Below are positions 52,713 to 64,000 of a stretch of 64,000 bases of DNA, piece by piece. Position numbers and translations under genes: made by a program. This DNA comes from Octopus sinensis (taxonomy: Eukaryota), in the NCBI RefSeq assembly GCF_006345805.1, contig NC_043003.1, forward strand, positions 10,354,001-10,418,000, read 5' to 3'. The first letter of the stretch is position 1, and the number at the start of each line of letters is the position of its first letter. The notes beneath the pieces are model-generated. The model made no database searches. It worked only from the letters and a program-made list of their open reading frames with translations, and was not told the origin of the DNA.

Positions 52713-52949
52713 AACCTTTCAAATTAGTGCCCCAGCATGGCCTCAGTCCAATAACTGTAACAAGTAAACGATGAAAGCCAAATGATATGAAATGAAATAC
52801 AATTTGAACGGTTAAGTGGGATGTATAATGGGGAGTGAGTAGATGAGTGTAGGAAGCAAGGATTATCAAAGTAAATAAGAAATTAAAATTAACATAAAAT
52901 TAACATAAAAAGCATATGTCAGTGGGTGTAAAAGATAACTTCTGCGTAT

Positions 52950-53560
52950 TATTCTGCTTTATAACATATTTTGTGAGATAATCTTTCTAACGTATTTGTG
53001 TAAAATGGTGTATATAAATCAGAAACATTGCCAGATTGTGGTTGGAACTTTCTCAAAAGGTTATGATTCTGAGGTCGACCTTTCGAGATTAGATCAGTCT
53101 TTTTCTTAAATAGCATATAATCCTTTGTTAGGAAATTCAGTTTATCGGTGAGACACAGCTTGCTTGTGTAGGATTCGTTTGAGCAATGGCTGATATTTTC
53201 AATAACATCAGCTTTTGCTCGAGGGCTGATGGTATTGAGAAGATTATATTTTAATTTATTGCTTTTTGAAGGCTTCAAGTACTTTTAGGCATTGACAAGG
53301 TGCTTCATTGTTCTGAATATCGGAATATTAGATGTTAAGATTTCAGGTTAGTTAGATGTAAAAGTGTTATAATTTTTGTCCATATCACCACGTAAAAAGA
53401 CTTCGGCACTTCAGAAAAGCATTTTTCCCTGGGAATCAAAGACGTTCCGATAACACAGTCAGAGGTCCAGACATGTTTTGTGTGTAAATTTGCTTGTCAT
53501 GATATCGCAAGATTTTCAGTGCAACTCACGATGTCATGGTATTGGCCAGATTATCAGATA
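52950..53560 (-). mobile_element. Penelope-like element C-terminal remnant
   Basis: SKLCLTDKLNFLT...KKTDLISKGRPQNHNLLRKF resembles the PLE endonuclease tail C.LCL.EK...NKR.ELISKCRH.N..LL. Confidence 0.55.
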
Positions 53561-53631
53561 TTGATATCAAACCCGTTATCAAGCAATCGTGAAGGCAATA
53601 CCCTAATCACAACGTCATTCGCCTTCACACA

Positions 53632-53796
53632 AGGCGAATAGGAATGGCTGTGTGGTAAGTAGCTTGCTTACCAACCACATGGTACCGGGTTCTGTCCCAC
53701 TGCGTAGCACCTTGGGCAAGTGTCTTCTACTATAGCCTCGGGCCGACCAAAGCCTTGTGAGTGGATTTGGTAGACGGAAACTGAAAGAAGCCCATC

Positions 53797-53832
<36 letters not shown>

Positions 53833-54058
53833 GTGTTTGTGTGTTTGTGTGTCTGTTTTTGTCCCACCAACATCGCTTGACAACCGATGCTGGTGAGTTT
53901 ACGTCCCTATAAATTAGCGATTCGGCAAAAGAGACCGATGGAATAAGTACTAGGCTTGCAAAGAATAAGTTCTGGGGTCGATTTGCTCGACTAAATACGG
54001 TGCTCCACCATGGCCGCAGTGACTGAAACAAGTAAAAGAGTAAAAGAGAGAGTAAAGA
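53632..54058 (+). mobile_element. SINE family S1, full length
   Basis: Family match with an (AAAGAGTA)n tail. Confidence 0.92.
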
Positions 54059-55521
54059 GTATCGCTGGCGACGATGCGCTTCGCATTGTTTTAGCATTTG
54101 AATGACGCTACCCAGTAGGCTAGGCGAGCAGGCCAGTGGACCCTTGGATCGGAAGGCTATTCCGTCACACGGTTACCCTTTTACAGCTGAATGATCTGAA
54201 GCAACATGAAACGAAGTATTTTGCTTAAGAACACGATGCGACCCCTCCCGATCCGGGAATCGAACCCGTTATCAAGCAATCGTGAGAGCAATACCCTAAC
54301 CACAACGTCATTCGCTTTCACACAACTGGAACTAACCGTTATTTGTTTATTAATGCGTTTGTGGTATTAATATCTGTTGGAGAAGTAAGGCGGCGTGCTA
54401 GTAGAAGCCTTAGAGTGCCGGAGAAAATGCACAGCGGCATTTCGTCCGTCTTTACGCTCCGAGTTTACATTCCGCCGAGATCCAATTTGCCTTTTATCCT
54501 CCCGAGATCGCTAAAATAAGTACCTGTTGGATACTGGGGTCGATGTAATCGACTTACCCTTCCTGCCAAACTACTGGGGTCCTGTGTCAAAATTTTAAAC
54601 CAATATCCATTAGAGAAAAGCTTAATTACTACAAATAAAGCCTGGTAAATATTTTGCTCAATTAATAACTAAAAGATGAATTGATCCAAATAATTTTCCT
54701 TCTATTTATATTTTCGTTTGTGATATTTGAGTGCTACATATACAGTATTTTATCTTTAAAGCCACTCTTTGCCAACTACTCTGTGGTACATTGGTTGTTT
54801 TTTTTTTTTACTTTTTGATATATAGTGTGAAATCTTCTACCACCATTAATCTAATCTGTATGCATGATGTATAATCTGCTGCTTGACTCGACGCACACAG
54901 GCTGGCAGTTTATGTGTTGCTGATTCTTATCTGTGAAATTTTAATAAAGAATTTGATCACGTTGTTTTAATAGTGATTAAGATAACAAGTTAGATTGCTT
55001 ACGTATGTTAAGCGTTGATAGTTACACAGATGTCTAGCTACATCTGCCGTTGGTAACGCGATGGACTTATGACATAACACTCAACACCCTGTCTGCATAA
55101 CACCGCAAAATTAATCAATATGTCTGCTGTAGTGTGTTTCGTTTCTCTAGCAAAACGTTATCTGCGATTAACCAGCATCCTTTCTAGCTCTCATAATATT
55201 TAACACTCACGCTGTTTTGCATGGTTACTCAATCCTCTGTTGGACTTGCCTTCGTGGACTTGCCTTCCTACCCGTCTTTTTTTTCTTCTTCCACAAGTTG
55301 TTCCTTTACGAATATTCCAGCCGAACATCAATCTCAGCAGTCTTAGAGGCCTGTTAATGTCTTGAGTGATTTCTCTCTCTCTGCTTTCTAATTAAATATT
55401 TAAAGGGGGGAAAAGATGGAGAAACTAAAGTAGGCATTGAACTCTGTTGATTCTTGGGATTCAAGAAACGATTAAGCTTTCTAAGGACCATTTTAGTAAA
55501 CGGTATACTTGTAGGAGCATA

Positions 55522-55790
55522 AGGCGGTAAGCTGGCAGAAACGTTAGCACGCCGGGCGAAATGCTTAGCAGTATTTCGTCTGCCGCTACGTTGTGGTTAG
55601 TGAAGAAATAGGTATTTCGTCTGCCGTTACGTTCTGAGCTCAAATCACGCCGAGGTCGACTTTGCATTTCATCCTTTCAGGGTCGATTAAATAAGTATTA
55701 GTTACGCACTGGGGTCGATATAATCGACTTAATCCGTTTGTCTGTCTTTGTTTGTCCTTTCTGTGTTTATTCCTTTGTGGGTAGTAAAGA
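55522..55790 (+). mobile_element. SINE family S2 with internal restart
   Basis: AAGAAATA|GGTATTTCGTC junction at about 55605. Confidence 0.88.
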
Positions 55791-55929
55791 GAAAGGTATA
55801 CTTGTAGGATCATCACTATCATTTAATATTAATGGTGTAGATGTGGCCTCTTCTGTTATTATGACATTACACGCATTAATATTCTATAGGAATATCAATA
55901 GATAGGCATATCTATCTATCTACCTACCT

Positions 55930-56405
55930 ACTAATCTATATATTTATCTATGTTTCTTTATTACCCACAAGGGGCTAAACATAGAGGGGACAAACAGGGA
56001 CAGACAAACGGATTAAGTCGATTACATCGACCCCAGTGCGTAACTGGTACTTAAGTTAACGACCCCGAAAGGATGAAAGGCAAAGTCGACCTCGGCGGAA
56101 TTTGAACTCAGAACGTAACGTCAGACGAAATAACTAATCTATATATTTATCTATTGATATATATGTATATATATATATATTTCTTTACTGCCCACAAGAG
56201 GCTAAACATAGAGGGGACAAACAAGGACAGACAAAGGGATTAAGATGATTACATCGACTTCAGTGCGAAACTGGTACTTTATTTATCGACCCCGAAAGGA
56301 TGAAAGACAAAGTCGACTTCGGTGGAATTTGAACTCAGAACGTAACGGCAGACGAAATAACTAATCTATATATTTCTCTATTGATATATATATATGTATA
56401 TATAT
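55930..56405 (-). mobile_element. Two head-less S2 units separated and flanked by a triplicated target sequence
   Basis: ACTAATCTATATATTT(A/C)TCTAT at 55930, 56133 and 56360; units at 55952-56132 and 56181-56359. Confidence 0.85.
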
Positions 56406-56409
56406 ACAG

Positions 56410-57493
56410 GCATAAATATAGAAACTTCGTGTGCAGCAGTAGTAGTAGTAGCAGCAGCAGCAGTAGTAGTAGCAGCAGCAGCATTGGTTGTAGTAGTAGC
56501 AGCATTAGTTGTAGTGGTAGTAGTAGCAGCATTGGTAGTAGTAGTAATAGTAGTAGCAGCAGCAGTAGGAAGAGGACAACGACGACAACAAGGATGAGGG
56601 GAAGTAAAGCAAACTATTTCCCAGAATACAGAAACAAAATTAATTCAATGAGTAGAACCCGTGTACCGTGAGAGGATCACAAAAACCAAATATAACAATG
56701 CAGTAACCGTCTGTTTGCTGTCACTATAGAATGGACAAACCTCACGTCCCACATACACATAAAAACTCTACTCATTATGCATTTCTCCTTACCAGAAAAC
56801 TGTACCACTTTGCATTATTATTTATCATAAAGCAACCCTTAATAACTTACTGCAAGAAAAAGGAAGCAAATATCTTCTTATCGACAACAAACCACAATTG
56901 TGTAAGACGTGGAAAAAATTTACAAATGCGCAGTTGTCAACTTCATGAGACGAATACACGCATAGGGCACACAAGCTAACACACAACCTCACAGGTTTAT
57001 CATGCACTTACAATAAGAAGCATGAAAGAATACGGTGTTATCGCTTTATTCCCTCCTCTCTTCTCATTTAATACACCCATGAAAACAGAGTAACTGTTAT
57101 ATCAATTGAAATAGCCAAACATAATCCTAAACATAAAATACAACACAATATGATAACAAGCTAATGCCTGACTTCAATAGTCGAAAATTTTAATATCCGG
57201 TATCAATGAAAATCAAGAGAGCCAACACAACAATTCTGCGCTTCTGTTGCTTTTGAAGAAAAAAATAATCAATGCTAATCTGGCTTTCTAGCAAGCTTCA
57301 TCCATATGATAATGCTGACTCTCAAAAGTTATTAGGAACCTTATGAAATAAATATGCCAAGTAATAGAAGCTCATTAAAAAGAAAAAGTAACCAATATGG
57401 GAAAGGTATGCAAAAAACGTTTATTACAATCACATCAATTGTCTTTAACATATAATATATATATATACAGGCATAAATACAGAAACTTCGCGT

Positions 57494-57554
<61 letters not shown>

Positions 57555-58609
57555 CAGCAGCAGCAGCAGTAGTAGTAGTAGCAGAGCAGCAGTAGTAGTA
57601 GTAGCAGCAGCAGCAGTAGTAGTAGTAGTAGCAGCAGTAGTAGTAGTAGTAGTAATAGCAGCATTGGTAGTAGTAGCAGCAGCAGCAGCAGTAGGAAGAG
57701 GACGTCGACGACAACGAGAAGGACAAGGATGAGGAGAAGTAAAGCAAACTATTTCCCAGAATACAGAAGCAAAATTAATTCAATGAGTAGAACCCGTGTA
57801 CCGTGAGAGGATAACAAAAACCAAATATAACAATGCAGTAACCGTCTGTTTGCTGTCACTATAGAATGGACAAACCTCACGTCCCACATACACATAAAAA
57901 ACTCTACTCATTATGCATTTCTCCTTACCAGAAAACTGTACCACTTTGCATTATTATTAATCATAAAGCAACCCTTAATAACTTACTGCAAGAAAAAGGA
58001 AGCAAATATCTTCTTATCGACAACAAACCACAATTGTGTAAGACGTGGAAAAAATTTACAAATGCGCAGTTGTCAACTTCATGAGACGAATACACGCATA
58101 GGGCACACAAGCTAACACACAACCTCACAGGTTTATCATGCACTTACAATAAGAAGCATGAAAGAATACGGTGTTATCGCTTTATTCCCTCCTCTCTTCT
58201 CATTTAATACACCCATGAAAACAGAGTAACTGTTATGATATCAATTGAAATAGCCAAACATAATCCTAAACATAAAATACAACAGAATATGATAACAAGC
58301 TAATGCCTGACTTCAATAGTCGAAAATTTTAATATCCGGTATCAATGAAAATCAAGAGAGCCAACACAACAATTCCGCGCTTCTGTTGCTTTTGAAGAAA
58401 AAAATAATCAATGCTAATCTGGCTTTCTAGCAAGCTTCATCCATATGATAATGCTGACTCTCAAAAGTTATTAGGAACCTTATGAAATAAATATGCCAAG
58501 TAATAGAAGCTCATTAAAAAGAAAAAGTAACCAATATGGGAAAGGTATGCAAAAAACGTTTATTACAATCACATCAATTGTCTTTAACATATATAATATA
58601 TATATACAG
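56410..58609. repeat. Tandem duplication, units 56410-57470 and 57471-58609
   Basis: About 99% identical outside the (CAG/TAG)n tract; TATATATACAG at all three junctions. Confidence 0.97.
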
Positions 58610-59418
58610 TCACACCTATGTATTTATGTATGTATGTATTGTTAGGAACTTAAAAACGATAAAAACTTTTTATCGGATAATGTTAAGTTAAACACTTAAA
58701 CGGACAGTTTTTGGTGCTTCACTGTAAGGTCAGCATATGAATTCCATTGACAAAATGGGGGAAGCTAGGTGTTATTAACAAAAACTGTGAAACTATAACA
58801 AATTGGCGAGACCTTGGCAAACCTTGATAAGCAGAGATAATTGTACCCACCACCACCACCACCATTTTGGTGACAGTTTTTTTTTTCTTTCTGTAAAACA
58901 AAGTTGTTCAATTGGATTCTGGAAGTTATGGTTGCCTGTTCGTTTTATGCCCTTTGTGTTAGGCATTTATGGATTTATTTTATGCTCCAGGAATTCGCCA
59001 GAACTTTTGTCAGATTTAAAATAATTTCTGTCACATCTGGGTGAGTACAAAATTTCTTGAGTTATGTTGTTATAATATTTATGTGAATTTTTAACCCTGC
59101 ATTTTGTGACAGGTTGTGTAGTAATTTTGCTAGCTATTTTCTGTTAGGATAAATGTTAAAATTTGTATGAATAGCTAAAGGGTGTATGAATTTAATTTTT
59201 TTATGCAGCCAAATTTTTATATTCGACAGCTGTAAATTTTGTCTAATTGTTACTCAGCAGGCTTGTATGAAGCAGTTTTGTGTGAATTTAAAGAAAACGA
59301 GTTTTTTTTTATTTAATTTTTTTTTATTATGATTATTGATGTAGTCTGGCAGCCGTTTTGTGTCATGAACTTTTAGCTTAAATGGTTGCTTTGACATTAG
59401 ATTTATTTATGTTTAGGT

Positions 59419-59620
59419 CCAAGGTTCGAATTGCAAGGTTGAACACCGAATTTGTGAAGACAAATTTTATGACATTCGAAGGTTCGAATTCCAAGGTTGG
59501 ACACCGAATTTGTGAAGACAGATTTTTATGACATTCCAAAGTTGAAAACCGAATTAGTGAAGACAAATTTTATGACATTCCAAGATTCGAATTTCAAGGT
59601 TCGAAAACCGAATTTGTACT
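59419..59620. repeat. Minisatellite, ~58-bp unit, about 3.5 copies
   Basis: CCAAGGTTCGAATT(G/C)CAAGGTTG(A/G)ACACCGAATTTGTGAAGACAAATTTTATGACATT; the third copy lacks the first 14 bp. Confidence 0.9.
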
Positions 59621-60077
59621 AAAATGGAAATCCACATTTTTGGAATCCATCCTTTTGAAAAACTAAATTTGTGAGGCCAATTTTGGTGAAACCAAAAATT
59701 GTGAATGCAGAGTTATAGATTCAAGTTTGTGAAAGCCGGGATTCTGAGTTCGAATTTCTGAACTGTATATGTTACATTTGTAAATATTTTAACCGCACGT
59801 CTGGTGTGGCATTGGTTTTTTTTATCATTTATATATTTGTTTTGTATGTAGGCTGTTTTTTTTTCATGCTGACAATTGTTAATATTTTACAAAAAAATTT
59901 AATGTGTTTTGGGGTTCACCCTATCCTCGTTGATTCTGTAAATTCGAGTTGTGGCCACCAGGTCGTAACAGTATGTCACAGAAAGCACTTTGTTTCTCCA
60001 ACTTCCAGTAGCTTCAGAAATGTAACCACGCGTGGATTATTAGCGATTTTTCTTTCCTTCTTCCCTCTGGTTTTCCT

Positions 60078-60112
60078 GTTTCCGAAGAAGAGCTATGTTC
60101 GAAACATAAAAC
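60078..60112 (+). ncRNA. Minimal type-I hammerhead motif, family A
   Basis: GUUU-CCGAAGA-A-GAGC-UAU-GUUC-GAAAC-AUA/AAAC, within the 59985-60190 element. Confidence 0.6.
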
Positions 60113-60486
60113 ATTATTTTCCTTCTCTGAGGATCATTAATATATCGCTTGTCTACGTCCTCTCCCGCCCCACTTTTTTGTTCTTTCAATTAACTATGTA
60201 CAAAGGCGTGACTGTGTAGTAATCAATTTGCGTCCCAGCAACATGGTTCTGGGTTCAGTCTCATTGCATGGGTCCTTGACAAGTATCTTCTACCACAACC
60301 TCAGAGCGAATAATGCCTTGTGAGTGGATTCGGTGAACGGAAACACGTGTTGTATGTGTTTGTCTCTCACCACTGCTTCACATCTGGTATAGTTTCTTTA
60401 TGTCCCCGTAACTTAGCAGGAATACTTTTAAGATGTGGGTCACCAATGTGAAAAGTTAGGAAAGCACTTAAGAAAATTTTGACAGT

Positions 60487-60790
60487 AGGCGCAGGAATGG
60501 CTGTGTGGTAAATAGCTTGCTTACCAACCAGATGGTTCCAGGTTCAGTCCTACTGCGTGGCACTTTGGGCAAGTGTCTTATTTCTTTACTACTCACAAGG
60601 GGCTAAACACAGAAAGGACAGACAGATGGATTAAGTCGATTATATCGACTCCATTGCGTAACTGGTACTTAATTTATCGACCCTGAAAGTATGAAAGGCA
60701 AAGTCGACCTCGGCGGAATTTGTACTCAGAACGTAACGGCAGACGAAATACGAATTTCTTTATTGCCCACCGGGGGCCAAACATAGAAAT
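60487..60790. mobile_element. S1 head (+, 60487-60577) interrupted by S2 units (-)
   Basis: S1 stops at GGGCAAGTGTCT; S2 begins TATTTCTTTACT and ends GACGAAATAC, followed by a further partial unit. Confidence 0.8.
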
Positions 60791-60914
60791 GGACAGAATA
60801 ACTGACGGGATCAGTGAAGCGATATGATTTTACATATAATGTGACTTCAAAAGTTTAGATACAATATATAAAAATCGAATGGAATTAACAATACAAAAAC
60901 AATACAAATGAAGC

Positions 60915-63330
60915 GATGATCAGGCCATGCTCCGACCCCACAAGCCCTGATCTACCGCTGGTACCTTTTTTTTTTTTTCTTTTTTTCATCTATTCACACG
61001 GTTCCTTGCACGCACAACACTCGTGCAACATGCTTCCATCACATTTGGAACGTACACTCCGACAGACACCTCTTCTCCAGCCACAGCTTCCTTTTCAATT
61101 GAAAGGAAAAAAATGATCGTAAGCTGTGACCAGAGATAAAGTTGCCTGTCTTAATTCCTTTTATCCTAGTATTCCATACAGCCTCTTTTGCTATTGCTAC
61201 AACCGTGAGAAAACAATTCTTACCTTCGTTCGTTAGAACACCCGATGGGTCAATTTTTACAATTGACTCAGTCGAGAGCTGTACTCTTCCTTCGCCGGAC
61301 AACAGGTGTTCAGCATAAGCCCACATTTCAGTTATCTCCGGACACTGAACAATAGCGTGAGGGACGGTTTCCCTGTACCCCACCCCCCGCATCTTGGACA
61401 GGTCGGAGACTGACGTTTACCATGTCTTGCGAGCTTATCTCAAACGGGCAAGGCACCTCTGTAGCATTGCCAGGTTAAGCACTTTTGGAAGTTGTCCAAC
61501 GTTCTCAACCCGAATGTACGGTGAAACAGGCTGTCCAGTTGAATAAATGAGACCTAGAGTCGACCCCAGGCCATCGTTGCATTCAGACTCTACCAATCCA
61601 CTATATAAAATCTGTGTGGCACCCCCACCGCTGGCGTTGCCCAAGCGCCGGAATAGCAAGAGGGCCCTACGGCACTTTTTATGCCATTCACTCGACCTCG
61701 GTCTACGAGAACACCAAGCTTCCTGTTCGCAAAAACTCTTGAACTCAGGGAACATGTGTCTGGCCAGCGGAGACCACACCCGTTCACTATCCAGGAGAAT
61801 CCAGAGGTGCCTTAACGTCAACGCATGTCTGCGCATCATTAACCAAGGCATTCCTAAACCTCCTTTTCAAGGCTTTTGACAGCAGACCGAGCGTTTCACA
61901 AGTGGCGACCTGCCCTTCCACAAAACGCGAAAGTGCTGTCTCTCCAACCTGATCAACCAGAGGTTACGCTGATAGTGATATCATCCGCGTAAGCCGTAAC
62001 AAACTCCTGTAGACCTGGTTCTCTCGGGATGCCACTCAACCTTCGCTGTAAAGGCTCGAGAGCCATCACGTACAAAAGTGGTGAGAGCGGACATCCTTGA
62101 CGAACCGAGCATCTGATGCAGAATGGCTTCGAAAGCAAACCGTTCACCCGAACTATCGAGTCAATGTTGTGGTACAAAGCGATAAACACCTGAGGAAGCC
62201 AAGGCCCAGGCCAAACCGCGCAAGCACAGTCGTCAGGTATCGATGGTCAATCCTATCAAAGGCTTCAGACTGTTCCAAATGTACCAATGCCCCAGTTTTG
62301 CCAGATTTATTACCAACCCTCTCTATGGTATAGTGAATAAGATGGAGGGTATCTTGAATGGTTCTGCCTGAGATGGCACATGTCTGTGCCTCCCTGACTA
62401 TACTATTCGCGACACGCCCCAACCTTTTTGCTAAGACCTTGGCCAAAATCTTCACTTCTGCGTGATGGGCCTGAAATTCTCTATAACGTCCCCCTTGTCC
62501 GGGTCCTTTCTGACCAACGTCACTACTCCCCGGCGCACAGATATGGGGATAAACCCATTCTGTTGCCAGTTCGCGTACACGTCAGCCAGTAGTTGTCCGA
62601 ACAAATCTGGCATTTATTTATACAGCTCGTACGGAAGACCAAGTCCCGGCGACTTACCCACTTTACAGTCGGCCAAAGCCTCCATCACTTTCCAGGCGTG
62701 ATTGGATCTTCGCAAGACTCCGCATTCGACCCCGAGAGGCACGGCAGCCCAGCAAGAAAGTCTTCGAGGGCTCTCCCACCAACAGGACAGCCGTCACCAC
62801 CGAACAGCTGGGCGAAGTACTCTCGAAAGGCCTCACATATTTTCTAGGGTTCGTTTACCAAGACACCATTTTGATTCGTCAAAGACCGAATAGAGGAACT
62901 ATTTCCTTGCCGAGCTTCCACCACTCGGGCCCATCCAGCGGCCTTGATTCCTTCACTTCCCATTGCACGTAACTTAGCTCTGGCAATACTCCCCATGTTT
63001 TGGGCTTCGAGATGCTGGTTTAACTCCAGTCCTTTCACCCTCGCTTGGTCCGTATTACCAGTCCTCCAGGCTTCTTCTAGTTTCCTAACTAGACCATCTC
63101 ATATTCTACGTCCCGTCTTAGCTAAACTTATGCTAAACCTAATAGGCTCATATTTGATGGCTCTTTTTAGGGCGTACCACCATTTGTTATTAATGATGGT
63201 ACCTGTTAATGCCCGCTGTATTAACATCTTGATCTGCTTTCTGTACTCCTCAATCGCCAAAAGGGACGTGTTGTTTCCAGTAGCCAGATCCCTGACTATG
63301 CAACTTATCTACCAGTATACGAAGTTTTAA
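60915..63330 (-). mobile_element. Tx1/L1-clade LINE ORF2 remnant (RT plus C-terminal zinc motif)
   Basis: KILAKVLAKRL...EAFDRIDH, VRQGCPLSPLLY, YADDIT, GGLGMP, ETVPHAIVQCP; frameshifts and internal deletions. Confidence 0.93.
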
Positions 63331-63559
63331 AGTGTTTAGTTAACTAGAAATTGTGTTGAAAACTGCCGTTCAAAAGGAAAAGATCCTCTAATTCTTTATT
63401 ATCCATTAAGGACTATACATAGATGGGGACGGTACAATCAGGGAACATAAAATAACAAAAGAGGATGAATAAAGACGAAGAAATTTAAAAAAGAATGAAT
63501 TATGATAAGATATTAAAATGAGTCGCAATGCCCACTCGATCCCCGAAATGGAGTGGTTA

Positions 63560-64000
63560 CATTTTGTCAGTTTTTCCCTTAATTGATTTTCTCAAAGATT
63601 ATCAATTTCACAATTACAACTGAAGTTCGCAAAAATTACAAAAAAATAAATTTCACAAACCTAGTTTTTCGGTACTTTTTCATAAATTTCGTAGATAGTC
63701 TATTTTTCTTTTCAACTCCTCGTCCATTACGAGAGGTGGGTGATCCATCAACCGACACCTCTTGTCTTCTATTATATTCTTTTTGGCGACCTCGATGAAA
63801 TTGGCGTAACTATCCTCGTGGACTAAAGCACCAATATCATCTTCGTCATACTTGGTTCCCAACCTAATCCATGTTACTCCCTTCATTCTCCATACTTTTA
63901 TCTTTATTTCATAGGAGCTCCTGAAAATTACAAATGCTCCATAAAATTTAAACATAAAATTTGAACCTGTGTTTTCCACTGAGTGTTCCCTTTTCTTCGA
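63560..64000 (-). mobile_element. L1-like APE endonuclease C-terminal remnant
   Basis: GVTWIR...ALVH...MDHPPLV parallels the EN motifs TW...RIDY.LV and SDH.PL; continues beyond the window. Confidence 0.5.

Noticed and set aside
56381-57747. Poly-Ser, poly-Ala and poly-Leu ORFs in the duplication
   Set aside because: (CAG/TAG)n microsatellite whose length and interruptions differ between the two units.
59419-59620. CRISPR-like periodicity
   Set aside because: Contiguous tandem units with no unique spacers, eukaryotic context and no cas genes.

Overview
Repeat-dominated eukaryotic DNA. The tRNA-derived SINE families, (TA)n/(GATA)n/(CATA)n density and TE spectrum point to an octopus (coleoid cephalopod) genome; this is inference, not a database match. 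No intact host gene could be assembled. Most long ORFs in the track are microsatellite or SINE translations, and the recognisable coding remnants are transposon-derived: CR1, RTE, Tx1/L1, Penelope-like (PLE), mariner and Helitron. A few weak exon or promoter candidates are listed at low confidence (minus strand near 4.7-11.6 kb and 31.2 kb; plus strand at 48453). The main observation is about ten minimal type-I hammerhead ribozyme (HHR) motifs in at least four sequence families. They sit in short PLE-type terminal elements or directly beside PLE coding remnants, and show stem covariation, a U3:A8 compensatory core variant and an inverted HHR pair. Other structures: a mariner nested in another mariner, a fold-back duplication of a SINE, a 112-bp loopless palindrome, a solo-LTR-like unit holding a perfect 24-bp palindrome, a tRNA-Pro pseudogene, serial SINE insertions and a ~1.1-kb tandem duplication. 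There is a 100-N assembly gap at 35972-36071. All coordinates and alignments were done by eye.
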